Both the position numbers and the translations under genes were made by a program. Under the pieces are notes generated by a model that saw only the letters and a program-made list of their open reading frames with translations, was not told the origin of the DNA and made no database searches. Source: Lama glama (Eukaryota). Taken from it: a DNA stretch of 64,000 bases. This document shows positions 1 to 12,875 of this stretch, piece after piece. Each line of letters begins with the position of its first letter. The first letter of the stretch is position 1. The stretch covers positions 65,844,001-65,908,000 of the forward strand of contig CM052822.1 of assembly GCA_028534125.1 (NCBI GenBank). The letters run 5' to 3'.

Positions 1-928
1 AGTACAAATAGGTAACCATGCAGCACAGGCCACAGACAGGAGGAGCACCTTGGAGGGCCCCTCACTGTGAAGAAGGATGGCCCAAGGCTGAACCCTGACA
101 CGGCCTTCCCTGGGGTCAGATCAGGCATGGGGCATGATATACAGACGATACTCAGAAAGATGCCCCAAATCCGCCTCTATCTCCATTCCGTTCTCCAACC
201 CCAAATAGACATTTCAACCAAAAATTAGATTAAGGGGCTCTGTAAAATGAATGTACACTCTCAGCAGCTGGTCATTATCACCTCTCAAATCAGTCTGTCA
301 GAACTCCCAGGAAAGGAAAGGGGCCAGGAGGAATACACTTCGCTTAAGCACTGGGCAGTGGGTCAGGTTCAATCTAGGCAGGAGAATGCCAGCCGGAATG
401 GCAAAGCTGAGCTGAAACATCAGAGGACACAGGACCCCCACGTGGGAGCATCAGGAAAGGGACAACCCACTAACGGGCAGAAGGGGACGCAGTGTGGAGG
501 GAGGTGGGCCCAAATCCCGCTGTGCCGACCTCTGGCGCCTGGGGAAACCGGCACTCTCCAAGTGACCAGGGTAAAGAGGAGGCCGAAGGCATGCCTTCTT
601 AAAATGAAAAAGAACACGTTGAACTAGACAGGCTTTCTGACCCTGAGTCACTCTATGGTTTTCTGCTGGTCCCAGTAAATATAAACTCAAACAGTCGGTG
701 AAGAAGTGTCATCAATCTAACGTACCATACAGCAATAATTTCTGAAAGAAGGGCGTGGTCACCGATCAGTAAACATTAAGAAGACATATGTGCGACAGAC
801 CAAGGATCTGCTGAGTTTCCTGGACTCTTCTCCTTTCTCAGCACAGGGAGGCCCCCGACCATGCACATGCGCTGTGCCCTCCTCTCCATGGTCTCTGTGT
901 TCACAAAGGCGGGCAAGGGCCAACTCAC

Positions 929-1128
929 TCATTGAGTAAAGGCATGGACGTTCTCCTCTTGCTCTTCTGAACCATGTTGGCCTGATTCCTCAGTGAGATC
1001 CGAATCATAGCTGGGGCCAGCCTACAGGGCTCCCCATCCACTTGCATGGGGATGGATTTGTAAGTTAGCAGCATGACCTCCCGACACTGGTGCAGCCTTT
1101 CTCCATGGCCCCCAACTTGCAGGGCAGC
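929..1128 (-). CDS. DGKI: DGKI exon 13: [66 protein letters not shown](D), end of DAGKa
   Basis: gtttttacag|GCT ... GA|gtgagt; 200 nt, phase 0-2; [11 protein letters not shown] signature. Confidence 0.96.
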
Positions 1129-1204
1129 CTGTAAAAACAAGAGGCAAAAGGAAGCAAGAGGTTAGTTCTTAAGAGCTATTCAGGGAGCCTAGAAACCCCA
1201 AATC

Positions 1205-1290
1205 CACTGTATATGATTATCAAAAAGCCTTTGATAAACTTATTGAAAGCTGTTAGCCAGGAGTAAAATGGGAAACTTTAAATCATTAAT
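1205..1290 (+). mobile_element. Ancient non-LTR (CR1/L3-like) reverse transcriptase relic
   Basis: gat tat caa aaa gcc ttt gat aaa reads DYQKAFDK, resembling the RT motif YLDFxKAFDKV; degenerate. Confidence 0.45.
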
Positions 1291-1494
1291 ACAAATCATT
1301 TAAAATATCTAAACTTTTGATGGCTTGATCATATATCCTCATTGATAGCTACTTTTTGCTTTTATGTATTTTCAGACTTAAGTTAATCATGTTAGTTTAA
1401 TATAAAAGTTGTGTTATTTACTCCCATTAAATAACCAATGTACTTAGAAAAAGAAGAGTATAAAAGAGACAAAGTACATAGTTTAAGACAGCTT

Positions 1495-1592
1495 CTATAT
1501 TATATTTAATATATAAATACATTTATATCTTTTAATCATGTATAATTATATAGTTATATATTATATATTAAATATATGTTATATTTAAATAT
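1495..1592. repeat. AT-rich low-complexity (TA)n-like tract
   Basis: tatattatatttaatatataaatac...atatattaaatatatg. Confidence 0.8.
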
Positions 1593-1889
1593 GCAGCCAA
1601 TCCTTAGAAAAATTTTCAAACTTCAGGCAAGCTTTTCCCTTTTACTTAAAAGCTCCTCAAACTACTTCTCATCTGTATAAGATCAATGAAATGCAAAAAT
1701 AATAATCCTCGATTTAAAACATTCTGAAGAGTAAAGCAGCTTTGAGGATCCAAATCAAACACAGTAAGAGCTCAGTTCACTACAGTGGCCACAAGATGAA
1801 AAGTCAATCCAAAATTAAAATCCTGCAACAAGTAACCATAACGTCCTTGCTTTCTTTTTTTTTTTTAAATGATATATATATAATAATAA

Positions 1890-2420
1890 GGGGTAAACTA
1901 AAATCAAATATTTGGTTGTACAGCAGAGTACACAGATCGTCTTATACAGCTTGATGAACATTGTTATACACAAATGTAAATCTCCATCCAGCTCATGCTT
2001 TAGACAACTTACAGCAATTAAAAGGTTTCCATGTGCCCCGGCCCTATCTGTTTAAACTCCTCCCACCAACCAGCTGGTAACGACTATTCTGACTTCTAGC
2101 ACCGTAGATTCAACTTGGTTGAGCTTGAATTTCTTATAAAATGAATCATACAGTATGTCCTCTTCTGTGTCTGACATCTTTTGCTCATCATTATTTTTGA
2201 GTAATAGATACAAGAGTGTATTTACCTACTCTTCTGCTGGTAAACATTTGATTTTTTCCAGTTTGGGGCTGTTACTGATGTAAACTTCTTGTGTTTATCT
2301 CGGGGTGGATACATACTCTCTTGGGCACATACAGTAAGCAGAACTGCTGGGCCCTAAGTTCAGATGTATACTCAACTTTAGTGGATACTGCTAAACAGCT
2401 TTTCTGGAGGGTTATATTAC
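1890..2420 (-). mobile_element. Old L1 (L1M-type) 3' region fragment
   Basis: Typical antisense L1M 3' wording (actattctgacttct..., tataaaatgaatcatacagtatgt..., ttccagtttggggct, gaactgctggg). Confidence 0.7.
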
Positions 2421-2462
2421 AATGCATTTTGAGTATCAATCTATAATGAAGTGAACAAACTT

Positions 2463-2546
2463 CTTTTTTTCACATTTTTATTGATTTATAATCATTTTAC
2501 AATGTGTCAAATTCCAGTGTAGAGCACAATTTTTCAGTTATACATG
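2463..2546 (-). mobile_element. Young, heavily 5'-truncated L1 3' end (84 bp) with perfect 13-bp TSD
   Basis: TSD agtgaacaaactt at 2450-2462 and 2547-2559; minus strand ends ...TCAATAAAAATGTGAAAAAAAA. Confidence 0.85.
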
Positions 2547-4379
2547 AGTGAACAAACTTTTAAAAGGAGTTAATACTAACTCTTGCTCAAAATCTAAAAG
2601 ATTTACTTGAGAAAAAAAAAAAGGAAAACCTATCTATTATCAGGTTGTTTCCATATGTCTCATCTCTGTCTTACAAATGGGAAAGAAAAAAAAAACCCTG
2701 AGATTTGTGATGTCAGCTTCCACTAATTTGGTTCCCAGATATTTGCATTTATCTGATGTTTTGAACTATTTTTGCACTTGCATTAATTTGAACAATAGGA
2801 ACCTGATTGTCTATAGATGCAAAGAGAAAAAGAACACAAAAGGAAAGAAAGGAGGGAAAGAAAACAGAATAAAAACAGAAAAATGAAGAACTTATCATTC
2901 CTGAACACCTTTGATTTGAAAAGCATTCAGTTGTGAGCTTTACATACAATTTTATTCAATTACTGGGAGAACAAGGAAGCAGAGGAGAATGAAGTGAGAA
3001 TTTACTAAAATTCTTTCTGGCCTGTTACCCAATCCTTTATTACTCAGCTGAAAGTTTTTCTGGCTGTACTTCAATGACCCTAAATGGTAAATTAAATGTT
3101 AATCTATTGATTTGAGCCACCATCTCACATCCAGAATTTTCCCAATACATTTCCCTTGCCTTCGAGTACTCCTCAGCTCCATATTTACCTGACAACACTG
3201 TATCCCTTCACCCACTGGAGGAAACACCAGTTTCTTTTTCCCCCAGTCTTGACTGGGCCTAATGACAAATAAAAATGCAGAACTTGCCAAGTGAGAACTT
3301 ATTCCTCTGAGTTTGACAAGACTGAAAATTGCTTAAATACTTTTCAGCCCCTTGGTATCAGAAGGCTCGTGCAGTACCGTAGGGCACATTTAAGCCATAT
3401 TTTCAGCCTCAATGATGTATCAATAGCAAATACCACAAACAGACAGAGGTAAAGAGCTGTCAGCGGCAGTTCCACTGGCATTTCAGCATCAGCCCAAGAT
3501 GACTGCGCAGGCACAGCAGGGATTACAGTAATTAGCTCTTCAGAATAAAGACAGTTCTATTATTGTCAGCACAGCCACGTTAATTTATTTTTGGAACAAG
3601 CTAGAGTAAAGGTAATATTTAAAGACTTCGTTTCTGCAGTGGCTAATCCATGGATTGCTATCTAGGGGGTCTCTCTTTTCAGTTCTTCTCCCCACATCCT
3701 GTAACTAGTCTCCTGTATTAAATTCCCTCAACTCAACTGTCTCACAGGGGGTTCTTCTCCCTCTCTCGTCACCAAATGAGAAATCTGCAGTGGTACCATT
3801 ATCATCCAATCCATACTTTTCTATACAAGTTTTTACAAGCTGTTTTACTGCCATGAAGCAATGCCATTACATTTTATTGCTTTTTTTCCATTTTATCAAA
3901 TATTAAGACTTCTGGACATGGGCGTGTTTAATATCCTACTGCAAGAAATGCTGTAAGCAGTCTAAATACGATCAGCGATAGCATTATTATTTACTTGATC
4001 ACTGTCCATGTGAGTAGCTATTTATAGCAAAAATCACTCTATCAATTCAGTTTCTTTACATGTTAAGTGATGAGATTTTAGTGGGCTGCTATGGTCTGTT
4101 TCAGCGCTAGCATTTTATGATTTTAGGTTGCACCTATAATTTCATGTTCTCAAATTCTACCACATGCCACCTAGAGTCGTCTTCCTTACTTTGGCAACAT
4201 TAGCATATGATTAATGGACAGCCAGTAGCTATAATGGAACAGAAGAAATAAAAAGGGAAGGGCTTTATCTGAAAAACCTTCCTTCTGCTCATTCAAATAA
4301 ATCCAGAAATTACTGAACACTTACTATGGGTCAAGAACATTTTCTATGAAAAAGTAAAGATTCTAAAATCTATAAACAA

Positions 4380-5070
4380 ACACAAGAGATGTAGAATAAC
4401 CAAAATGCTCTTAGGAAAAGAGTGCAATGATTCATATTACCAGGTTGAAGGCTCACTATAAAGCTACAGTAATCAAAACAGTGTGGTAGTGGCATAAGGA
4501 TTAAAAAAAAACAATGGAACAGAATAGAGTTCAGAAAAAGACCCACATGCAATCAAGAGGCAAAGGCACCAAGGCACCTCCATAGGAAAGGAAAGGCTAT
4601 TTAACAAACAGTGCTGGGGAAAAGCAGATAAATATCTTCTTAAAAATGAATCTTGAAGTTACTTCACACAGTACACAAGAATTTGAGCTGAATCACACAC
4701 TTGTATACATAAAAGCTAAAACTATAAATCTTCAACAAGAAAACAAAGGAGAGTATCTTCCCCTCCTTTCCTGTAGTAACAAAGATTTCTTAAGAAGGAC
4801 ACAAACAGCTCCAACATGAAGTAAGCCTACCTCATAAAACTGGAATTCATAAGAATGTTTAAACTTCTGCTCATCAAAAGAAACATTAAAGAAATAAAAA
4901 GATAAACTGAAAACATATTTGCACTAAATGTATCTGCCAGAAGACTTGTATTCAGAATATATAAACAGTGCTTGCAATTCAACAATAAAAGATAAACAGC
5001 CCATCAAAATACGTAAAAAACAGACACTTCAAAAAAACAAAAAGACATAAAAGGTAACCATAAAGATAAA
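4380..5070 (+). mobile_element. L1 ORF2 fragment (degenerate)
   Basis: tataaagctacagtaatcaaaacagtgtggtagtggcataag reads YKATVIKTVW*WHK, the L1 ORF2 C-terminal region; also aaacttctgctcatcaaaag. Confidence 0.85.
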
Positions 5071-6689
5071 CAACATGTCTTACTCCCATTTTTTGTTGGC
5101 CGTAACAAAAACATACATAATTTCTTTCTTTCTAGGGATGGAATTTTATTCTCTCTTCTTACTCTGTTTCATCCAGTGTAATATTATAATATCTTTTTGT
5201 CTCTATCCGCTAACACATTTTCAGCACCTGTGGAATATTCAATTTCCATCACTTCTCATCAGGTACTCTTGTATATTGCTGTTGGGCAAGTAAACAGTAC
5301 ACATTTCCAGAAAGCATTTTTATAATTTTTACTAAGAGGCTTTAAAATGTTTATGCCATTGAATCAATAATTTCTTTCCCAGGGATTTGTCATAAAAAAT
5401 AATTTGAAATGATAACTGAGGTTTATAAATATTATGTTAATTACAGGAGTTTTTAATACCGCCAAACATCTAGAAAACTAAAAGTTTCATAAAGGAATAA
5501 TTATTATATAAATTGAAACATGTTTATACAATGAAAGAGGCAGGTTTAATAATATAATTCCCTATATATTCAAAAACATGGAAATAAAGCAACTGAAAGG
5601 AAACACATCAAAATATACAGTTAGTTATGGATCAGGTGATTATGACATATTTTCATTTTTAGTTATTTTATTTACATGTATTACCAAAATAAACAAACAT
5701 TTGGTATTACTTTTTTCATTAAAAAAAAAAAAAGATCACCTGGTATGTGTACAACTTCAACCCTAGGAGTTTCTCCCTGTAACTTTTCTCACTGAATAAT
5801 CTCTTGCTTTTCTAATTCATAAATATAAAAGAACCTACATGTTTTAATTTCAATTAACAGAAAGAAAGCTGGCTATGCTTTCTTTAAAGTTCAGGAGACT
5901 GAAATCTCTGGATTTCATACTGCATAGCAAATTAGGCTTCCAGTTCCTCAATCTGAATAATGCTTTGAACTGTCTTGAGAAGTTTTAGATTACTTAGAAA
6001 CAGACTTGACATCAAAGGACCTTCACAACTGTAATGGATGAAAATTGTGGCAGAAATAAATGCAAATTACAATATCTGATTATGGTCTGTGTAGACTCCA
6101 AAAAGGTAATCAGGTTACCAAGCACCAATGAAGAAATCATCTTAATTAGCAGGAATGCATTTCAACCAGTAAAATGAATGGAAGATGTCTGCTTTGAAAT
6201 GTGCAATCACAGGAGTCTAAGCGAAACAATCTTTTCTTCCATTCAGTAATCCTATTTCAAATCTCTCTTAAAGTACCACTCTGAATATTTTAAGTACACA
6301 AAAATACGCACTTTTACCATATAGTCTTGTTTGTATAATCATCTTACACAGATGTGTGAGTTTTTAAATAATTTACCTTCTTAGGAACATAAATAATCAA
6401 TATTATAGTTTCAAGATATGTGAAAATGAAGGACTGAAAATAAAGCTCTTTCACTTTTGAGTGAAAAAAAAATACAACAGTGTACTGCTGCGTGAGTGGT
6501 AAGGTAGGATAGATGTGAAAAGCAAGTAATGTATGCCAGTACTATTTACAGAACAGTGTGAACTGTGTTGAATAATCTTAGTATTCAGTTTCCTCTACAC
6601 CAACTCCCATCCATTTCTCCTTTTCCTACCAAGGGCAGGATGGGAGAGAGAAGGATCTGACAGACCCTCTAGACACTGTCCCAACCTAG

Positions 6690-7560
6690 AGGGATCTCCT
6701 GAGCTCTAAACATGTTTCAAGTTGCCCAGTTCTGTATCTTCTTAGACGTCTCACAGGGGTTTGAATTTTAACTTATATAAAACAGAGTACATTGGGGGCA
6801 ATATTATCCCCTTTTTATATTTTCTGTCTCATATAATACATTCACCCTTTACCTTACTGGCTTATGCTCAACCCCAAGGATTCATTCACACTCCTTTCTC
6901 ATCCTTCACCATAAGTCACTGTCAATAACTCTTGAATTCACCAACCCCTTCTACCTTCATCACCACTTCTTTCTTCGGGCTTTCCAATCTCCTCACTTCT
7001 TCCTTCACCTGGGCTTTGGGACCAATGTCGTGATTTGTCCATCTGTCTCCAGGAGTTAAGATTCTGGTCACCTTTCACAGGAACATCCAGGTAATCTTTC
7101 TGAACAACAAATCTGATCCTGTCTCGTGCCATCTGCCCTGACCTCTCCATTCACAGGTAAAATAGAAAAACGAATTTTTAAAAGACCAACTCTTTCTGCC
7201 CTTTCTCTGTAGCCACATCTTTAGTCACCGTATCATCACTCTGAACCACTGCTAATCCATGCCCTCCTGGGCGACCCCGTCTGAGGGAAATGACTCACAA
7301 AGACTCCAGCCTCCTCTGTGACATTTTTGCTGATCTCCCCCATTTGTAAGCACTGTTCTCCTTTCAGTCCTCACACGTCTTTCTCCTGGAATTCATTACA
7401 TCAGACTGATTGCCTGTTTACTCCCCACAACACTGAACTGTGGATGCCCTGAAGACGTGGCTTTTCTACTGGTTCATTTTGTAACTGTTTAACTTAGCAG
7501 AGTGTCACTTATGGATTCAATGAGTATTTGTGCATTCAACAAATATTCAATAAATCTTCA
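6690..7560 (+). mobile_element. L2 (LINE2) 3' fragment(s)
   Basis: Pyrimidine-rich L2 wording (aaatctgatcctgtctc..., ttagcagagtg..., tattcaataaat); strand and limits approximate. Confidence 0.55.
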
Positions 7561-7759
7561 CAACTGACATTAAATGAGTGAGAGTAATGAGATGTTTTAA
7601 ATCAGTATTACCTTGAATTTACATAATTCCTATTAATGAGAGACCATCAATATTCTCTGCATTTCCCATACGCAGCATGGCCTTTAATGGCCCTGCCTCT
7701 GAAGTTACACAGCGACAAGTCCACTAAGCTCTATTCACCAAGTGTTTGTAAGCTCACCT

Positions 7760-8900
7760 AGACCCAAACTTTTGATGGGAGAAGTTCCAAAATTTTGATG
7801 CCATTTGAAAACCACAGCCGCCATCAGAGGATGCTGGTGAACTAATTTAATGTTTTGAAAATGCATAAGGAAAAGAATCACTTATCCTGTGTCTCTGAAA
7901 CAAACTGTATAAGTTAAGTGACCAAATCGTAAGTATAGAAAAATGTCTCTTCATAGATATATTCCAGTTAATAAATGAAGAAGGATAGAATTAGAATATT
8001 TTTGCAACCCCTCCTACTTTGCAACCCTTGAAGATTCCTGGATAATCAAAGACTATTAACCAGAGAGAGAGAGAACCAGACATTATATACCCTCTTTTGG
8101 AAGAATACAGCACTACTTACAGAACAGACTTGGGGGAAAGTATGTCTGATGAGTCTGGAACCATCAACTTAGGGAAAAAAGGGAAGAGAGAAGAACATGT
8201 TACTGAGACCTGAGGGACGTTATCAGCACGGTTCAGACTGAGGGAAACTACAAGACAAATAGCCTGGTTTCTTCCATAAATAAATGAAGGAAAAAACAGA
8301 GAGACAGATGGGTGAGAACCTACAGAGACTTGAATCATATCAACCAATCACAATGATTTTTTTTTGAATCCTGATTAAAACAAATAAAGCATTAAAAAAG
8401 TGATATCTGCAAGATAATTAGAAATTTGGGCAATGAGTACGTATTTAGTGATATTCAGATGCTATTTTTAGGTAAGATGATGTAATGGTATTCATAAAAG
8501 AAAGTCTTATCTTTTAATAACACATTCAGAAATACTTATGGGTAAAATTGGGGGAGGGTATAGCTCAAGTGATAGAGCACATGCTTAGCATGCCTGAGGT
8601 CCTGGGTTCAATCCCCAGCACCTCCATTTAAAAAAAAAATTAAATAAATAAACCTAATTACCTCCCCCTGCTAAAAACAAAACAAAGAAAATAAAAATAA
8701 CTAAACTGAAAAAGAAACCCTTAGAAATATTTGTGGGTAAAATGATATAATGTCTGGGATTTACTTCAAAATAATATGAGAGGAGATCATAGGTGGGGAC
8801 CGAAATAAGACTGCCCATGACTTGGTATTACAGAAGCCAAGTGATGGTACATGAGGGTTCAATATACCTCTTCCATATTGAACTTTTCCTATAACAAATA
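7760..8900 (+). mobile_element. L1M (L1MC/ME-like) 3' UTR fragment interrupted by a SINE
   Basis: aatgatataatgtctgggatttacttcaaaataat and similar L1M 3'UTR phrases on both sides of the SINE. Confidence 0.65.
8550..8722 (+). mobile_element. tRNA-Ala-derived SINE (camelid Vic-1-like)
   Basis: GGGGGAGGGTATAGCTCAAGTG...GGTTCAATCCCCAGCACCTCCA head, aaacctaattacctcccc body and A-rich tail; 21-bp TSD agaaatacttatgggtaaaat (8528-8548) / agaaatatttgtgggtaaaat (8723-8743). Confidence 0.9.
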
Positions 8901-9214
8901 CTTATTTTAAGAACTCAAATTTACTAATGCTCAGAAGTCAAAACTCCAAAGCAGAAATGCTATGCTGCACTTCGTGACCTCACCCGTCTGCCTCTCCAGC
9001 ATCACCCACACCACCCCCGCTTTCCATCTATGTTTCAGCTACATAAAACTAATCCTAGTTTCCACAGAGGACTGTGAGCTCTCATACTTCCAAGTGTATG
9101 AATTCCCCCTTTTCCAGAAGGCCAAGTCCCATTGTCCTCCTGGCAAAATCCACTCATTCTGTCACATCTCCTCATTGCCAATTCCAGGTCCCAGACTCTC
9201 TGCCGTGTACCAGA

Positions 9215-9680
9215 GATACAGTGGAGGGATGGACACGGACCATTTGCCACTCCCACCTGGCACCCCACCCCCTCCCTGCCCTCCTTTTTGCCCTGTGAGG
9301 CTGGCCCATTTAGACTGTATTAAACGCTCCCTTGTCCTCTGGCTCCTGTTAGAATTCACCAGAGGGAAGCAACAGCAGAAGATCTGGGGGGCAAGAACTG
9401 TAATTATGTCCCCGGCTCTCTCTCTGCCAGGCTGGCATGGGCTGGTGGCTTTCACTTAGCAAACACTACTCCTATTGGGTGGTTGTTCCCAAATAGTTCT
9501 CTTTCGGGTACAGCTGACTACTCCCTTGCCTTTGCACCTTTAGCTCAGGAATACACCATCATCCATTGTTGCTTCTCACAAAACCTAGTGCACTATTCGG
9601 AAAGAGTCTCTCGATTAAATTCACCTCTAATTACCCAGTTTCAGTCTGCCACCTCCCTCTTGTTCAGACTTTATATAATT
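9215..9680 (+). mobile_element. Ancient ERVL-type LTR (LTR16/LTR33-like)
   Basis: ctcccttgtcctctggctcctgtt...cagcagaagatc and 3' end attaaattcacctctaattacccagtttcagtctgccac resemble LTR16/33. Confidence 0.55.
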
Positions 9681-11278
9681 GTAAGCAAAAACAACCCAAA
9701 TCAAAAAACACTGTAGAAAGAACCTGACATGGATACGGACTGAAAAGTTACTGAAGATGGGAAGAGTTCAAGAACATTTTAGATTGAGACAGCATATGCA
9801 ATGGCCCCGTGGTACAAAGGAAGCAAAGGATGCTCAAAGTTATACTTGACTTGAGAGGCAACGAACTAGAAAGTGAGGAGGGCAGTGGGAGAGGATAGAG
9901 AATCAGAGAGAAACTCAATTTTTCAGTAAAGATTTAGATTTCGATCTTGAGAGCAATAGGAAAGTGTCTAATATTCTCCCTGGCCTCCCAAGCCTAGGCA
10001 AGGAATCATCTTAGACATTCCCTGACAGCCTTCTACAACACAGTCAGGACCAGGAAGCTCTGACACATGGCAAACATTCAACACGTCTTCGCTGGCTTAG
10101 TGAATAAATCAATGAGTAAAACACACATGACTAGGTTTGGGGCTTTCCTGGTCACCTCCAGGAACTCTCCCTTGCACATATCCTACTTGAACTTAGCCCT
10201 ACTTGCTCCTGGCTGAATCTTCACCCATAACTAGCATAAAGGCTTCTCGAGAGAAAGAGCTGTACATGAGTGACATCCCTGAAAATGAGATCTTTCCTAG
10301 AACAATTTTTACACTTAACAACCATTTCATTCTAGAGCTGGCAGATATGGCGAGCAACATCACCATGTCATGGTGATGGACAGTCTTGCCATCATCACAG
10401 TAGGTTGTGCTGTTAAATCTCACTAACTCGAGGTGATTGAGGAAGTCATTTTGAATCCACGAGATGAGTGAGAGAGATGTTTTCGGTCATTTCGAACAAG
10501 AAATACAACTTTATTGCCTTGAGGCAAAAGGGGAAGCACAAACAAAGTGGTAATCAAATCCAAGGAGAAGATTTATTTTAATTTGCTTTACAAACTGACA
10601 GTGTGGCCTGATTCACACCAGATGAAATGATAAGCAAAAATTTTAATTGGTTTCCTCCTCATTCAATAGTAAGTTGGAACACACAGCTAAAACCTGCCTG
10701 AAATTGACCTTATGCTATAAATGTACCGTTTTAATGCCAGCAACAAAATTAAAACAAGAGGGTCTCAATACTGTGCACCTAAATATTCATGAACGTCACA
10801 ACAACGATGTCTTTCAATATTCAGGTATTTTGTGATAATGAAGATGCCCACCTTATGCTTAAGCAGACAAGATGGAAGATGAATCAAATAACCATTTTCC
10901 TTTTTACCTAAACACTCAAGTCCTCAGTGAACCATAAATATCAAATGGCAAGGTTTCTGCATCAATGCTGGGAAAAGACTGTGGCATAATGCTTTTTAAT
11001 TAGCATGAAAACTCTGCATTACATTCTGGTAGACAATCAGGAAAATGAGCAAATAATATTGATTTATCTTTGAAGTTCAAACAAATATGTAACCAATTTT
11101 TTTTAATGACATGAAGAATTACTTTTTGTTTTTGTCTTCTCCTAGAAACTCTATATTGCATAAAGTTTATAAGTTGATAAGCCAGGAGAGAACATTATAT
11201 CAAAGTCTTGGAAAATGAATAAACTCTAACCATGACTAAAATATATTTCACTTCAGTAAAACAGAACGTATTGCTCAC

Positions 11279-11390
11279 CAAAGAGGCCATGGTGAATCCA
11301 ATGACTTCAATATAACCATCATCATGACGCTGAGGTTCAAAATCATGGTGATCTCCCGGGTTCCCCCAGGGCATTGTGCCAGCACAATAT
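11279..11390 (-). CDS. DGKI: DGKI exon 12: (R)[37 protein letters not shown]
   Basis: tcccttgcag|A ... TTG|gtgagc; 112 nt, phase 2-0; DDG-x-x-EV motif. Confidence 0.96.
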
Positions 11391-12801
11391 CTGCAAGGGA
11401 AGAGTAAAAACAATTAAATTTGGTCCAGTCCTCTCATGATTACCATTAAGGATTAACTGATAGTTAGATCCAGTGTTTATTTCACACAAAAACAGCCTTC
11501 TACTCTTGGTTCACACCTTTCAATAGAAAAGAAAATGGATTTATCATCTCCAAATATCAATTTATGAAAATGAGTCAAAACTTTACAACGAAAGCATGCC
11601 ATGGTGCCCAGCTTTCCCCTAATTCATTATTTATCAGTATTTCTCACCCTCATACATGCCTGCTTTCTATGATATGCCATGAGTTATCAATAGGTGGTTT
11701 CGGAATTTGGTCTTGGAGGAAGACATACATGCCAATAGGAAAGGGAGTGGGAAGTGAGCTGGGGAAGCATTCAACAGCACATACAGAGTCAAGGTAAAAT
11801 GTCCAGGACGAGGGGAAGGTAGCTGAACAAGACAGAGTGACAAAGGGATGAGAGTAAGGAATGATATTAGAAAGGAAGGGAAAATAAAATTGAAAAGTAG
11901 AGGAAACAGAATCCAAGGGAAGGATGGAGTAGGAGCAAGAAGAAAAAAAGCAAGGAGAAGAGGAAAAAAATGAAAGCAAGCTAATAAAAAATCTTTCCAG
12001 AGAATCTAGGCCTTCAACTTAAACAACTAAGATGAAAATACTTGTAAGGGACCATACTGAGCATAGCCCAAAGTAATCAGGAGACTGTAATACATTTTCT
12101 TAGCCATAGATTTACATACAATTCTCATTTCAACTAAATTCAGTCTAAATAGAACGTATTTGTGGATTTTGTGTCTGAGTTGTCTGGTTTGCAAATAAAG
12201 GGTCATAGATCCATCCCTTCCAAAATCTTGGCTTGGGAGCCTAAAGTCTAATTTTATGCCACTGAGATAATATGCTTATTCTGAGAGTAGTTAATCTTAA
12301 ATACCCCTTTCTCCTGAGGTATGTAATAGTACCAAAGAGAGTTGAGATCCTGGCTAGAAAATGCGACTCTAATTGATCCTAATTTTTCAAAGCCATCATC
12401 TGGCAATGATTTTGAATGAATTCCATGCTGAAATCAGGCTGGATGGTTTCCTAACAGCTTTTGGGAAACTGAGAACAGGGATTTATTCAAGTCTATCATT
12501 GTTGGGGGGTGATGGGGTAGGAGGGGTCAGTAATTGAGAATTAAAATGTTCAAGAGGGCTGTCTGGTTTCTTAAGGATGGGTAAGTATAGACCATGCCCT
12601 ATCAAACACACACAGAAACACCACAGAGAACACTAAAACCAAGTAGGAGGACAGAATGATCCAAGCTGGAGATCCTTAATAAGCCACTAAGGTAGCTGTT
12701 TTTCATTGTTTGTACCTGGAAATTTTCTATAATGAAAGCAGATAACCTTAGGTCAAACAGAGTTTACATCAAGCCAAGGAAACAACATGAACAGAGCTTA
12801 C

Positions 12802-12875
12802 CTGGGTATATTTAAAAATACTATACACTGGAACTTCAGTTCCTGAATCTTTGGGGTGAGATCTGTTCCATCACA
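12802..12875 (-). CDS. DGKI: DGKI exon 11: CDGTDLTPKIQELKFQCIVFLNIP(R)
   Basis: ttgtttcag|TGT ... AG|gtaagc; 74 nt, phase 0-2. Confidence 0.96.

Noticed and set aside
247-627. 126-aa plus-strand ORF
   Set aside because: No recognisable domain, antisense within a DGKI intron, and a length expected by chance in a GC-richer patch.
8550-8626. Functional tRNA-Ala(AGC) genes (here and at the five other SINE heads)
   Set aside because: Each has an extra 5' G-run and an A-rich tail, most have the shared SINE body and TSDs, and the stems are mutated. They are SINE copies.
8962-9459. 165-aa ORF and overlapping ORFs
   Set aside because: Runs through an old ERVL-like LTR relic, with low-complexity composition and no homology that I recognise.
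10199-10423. 74-aa minus-strand ORF as an extra DGKI exon or retrogene
   Set aside because: Exons 12 and 13 already join in frame with continuous DGK sequence; no convincing splice sites, poly(A) tail or TSD.
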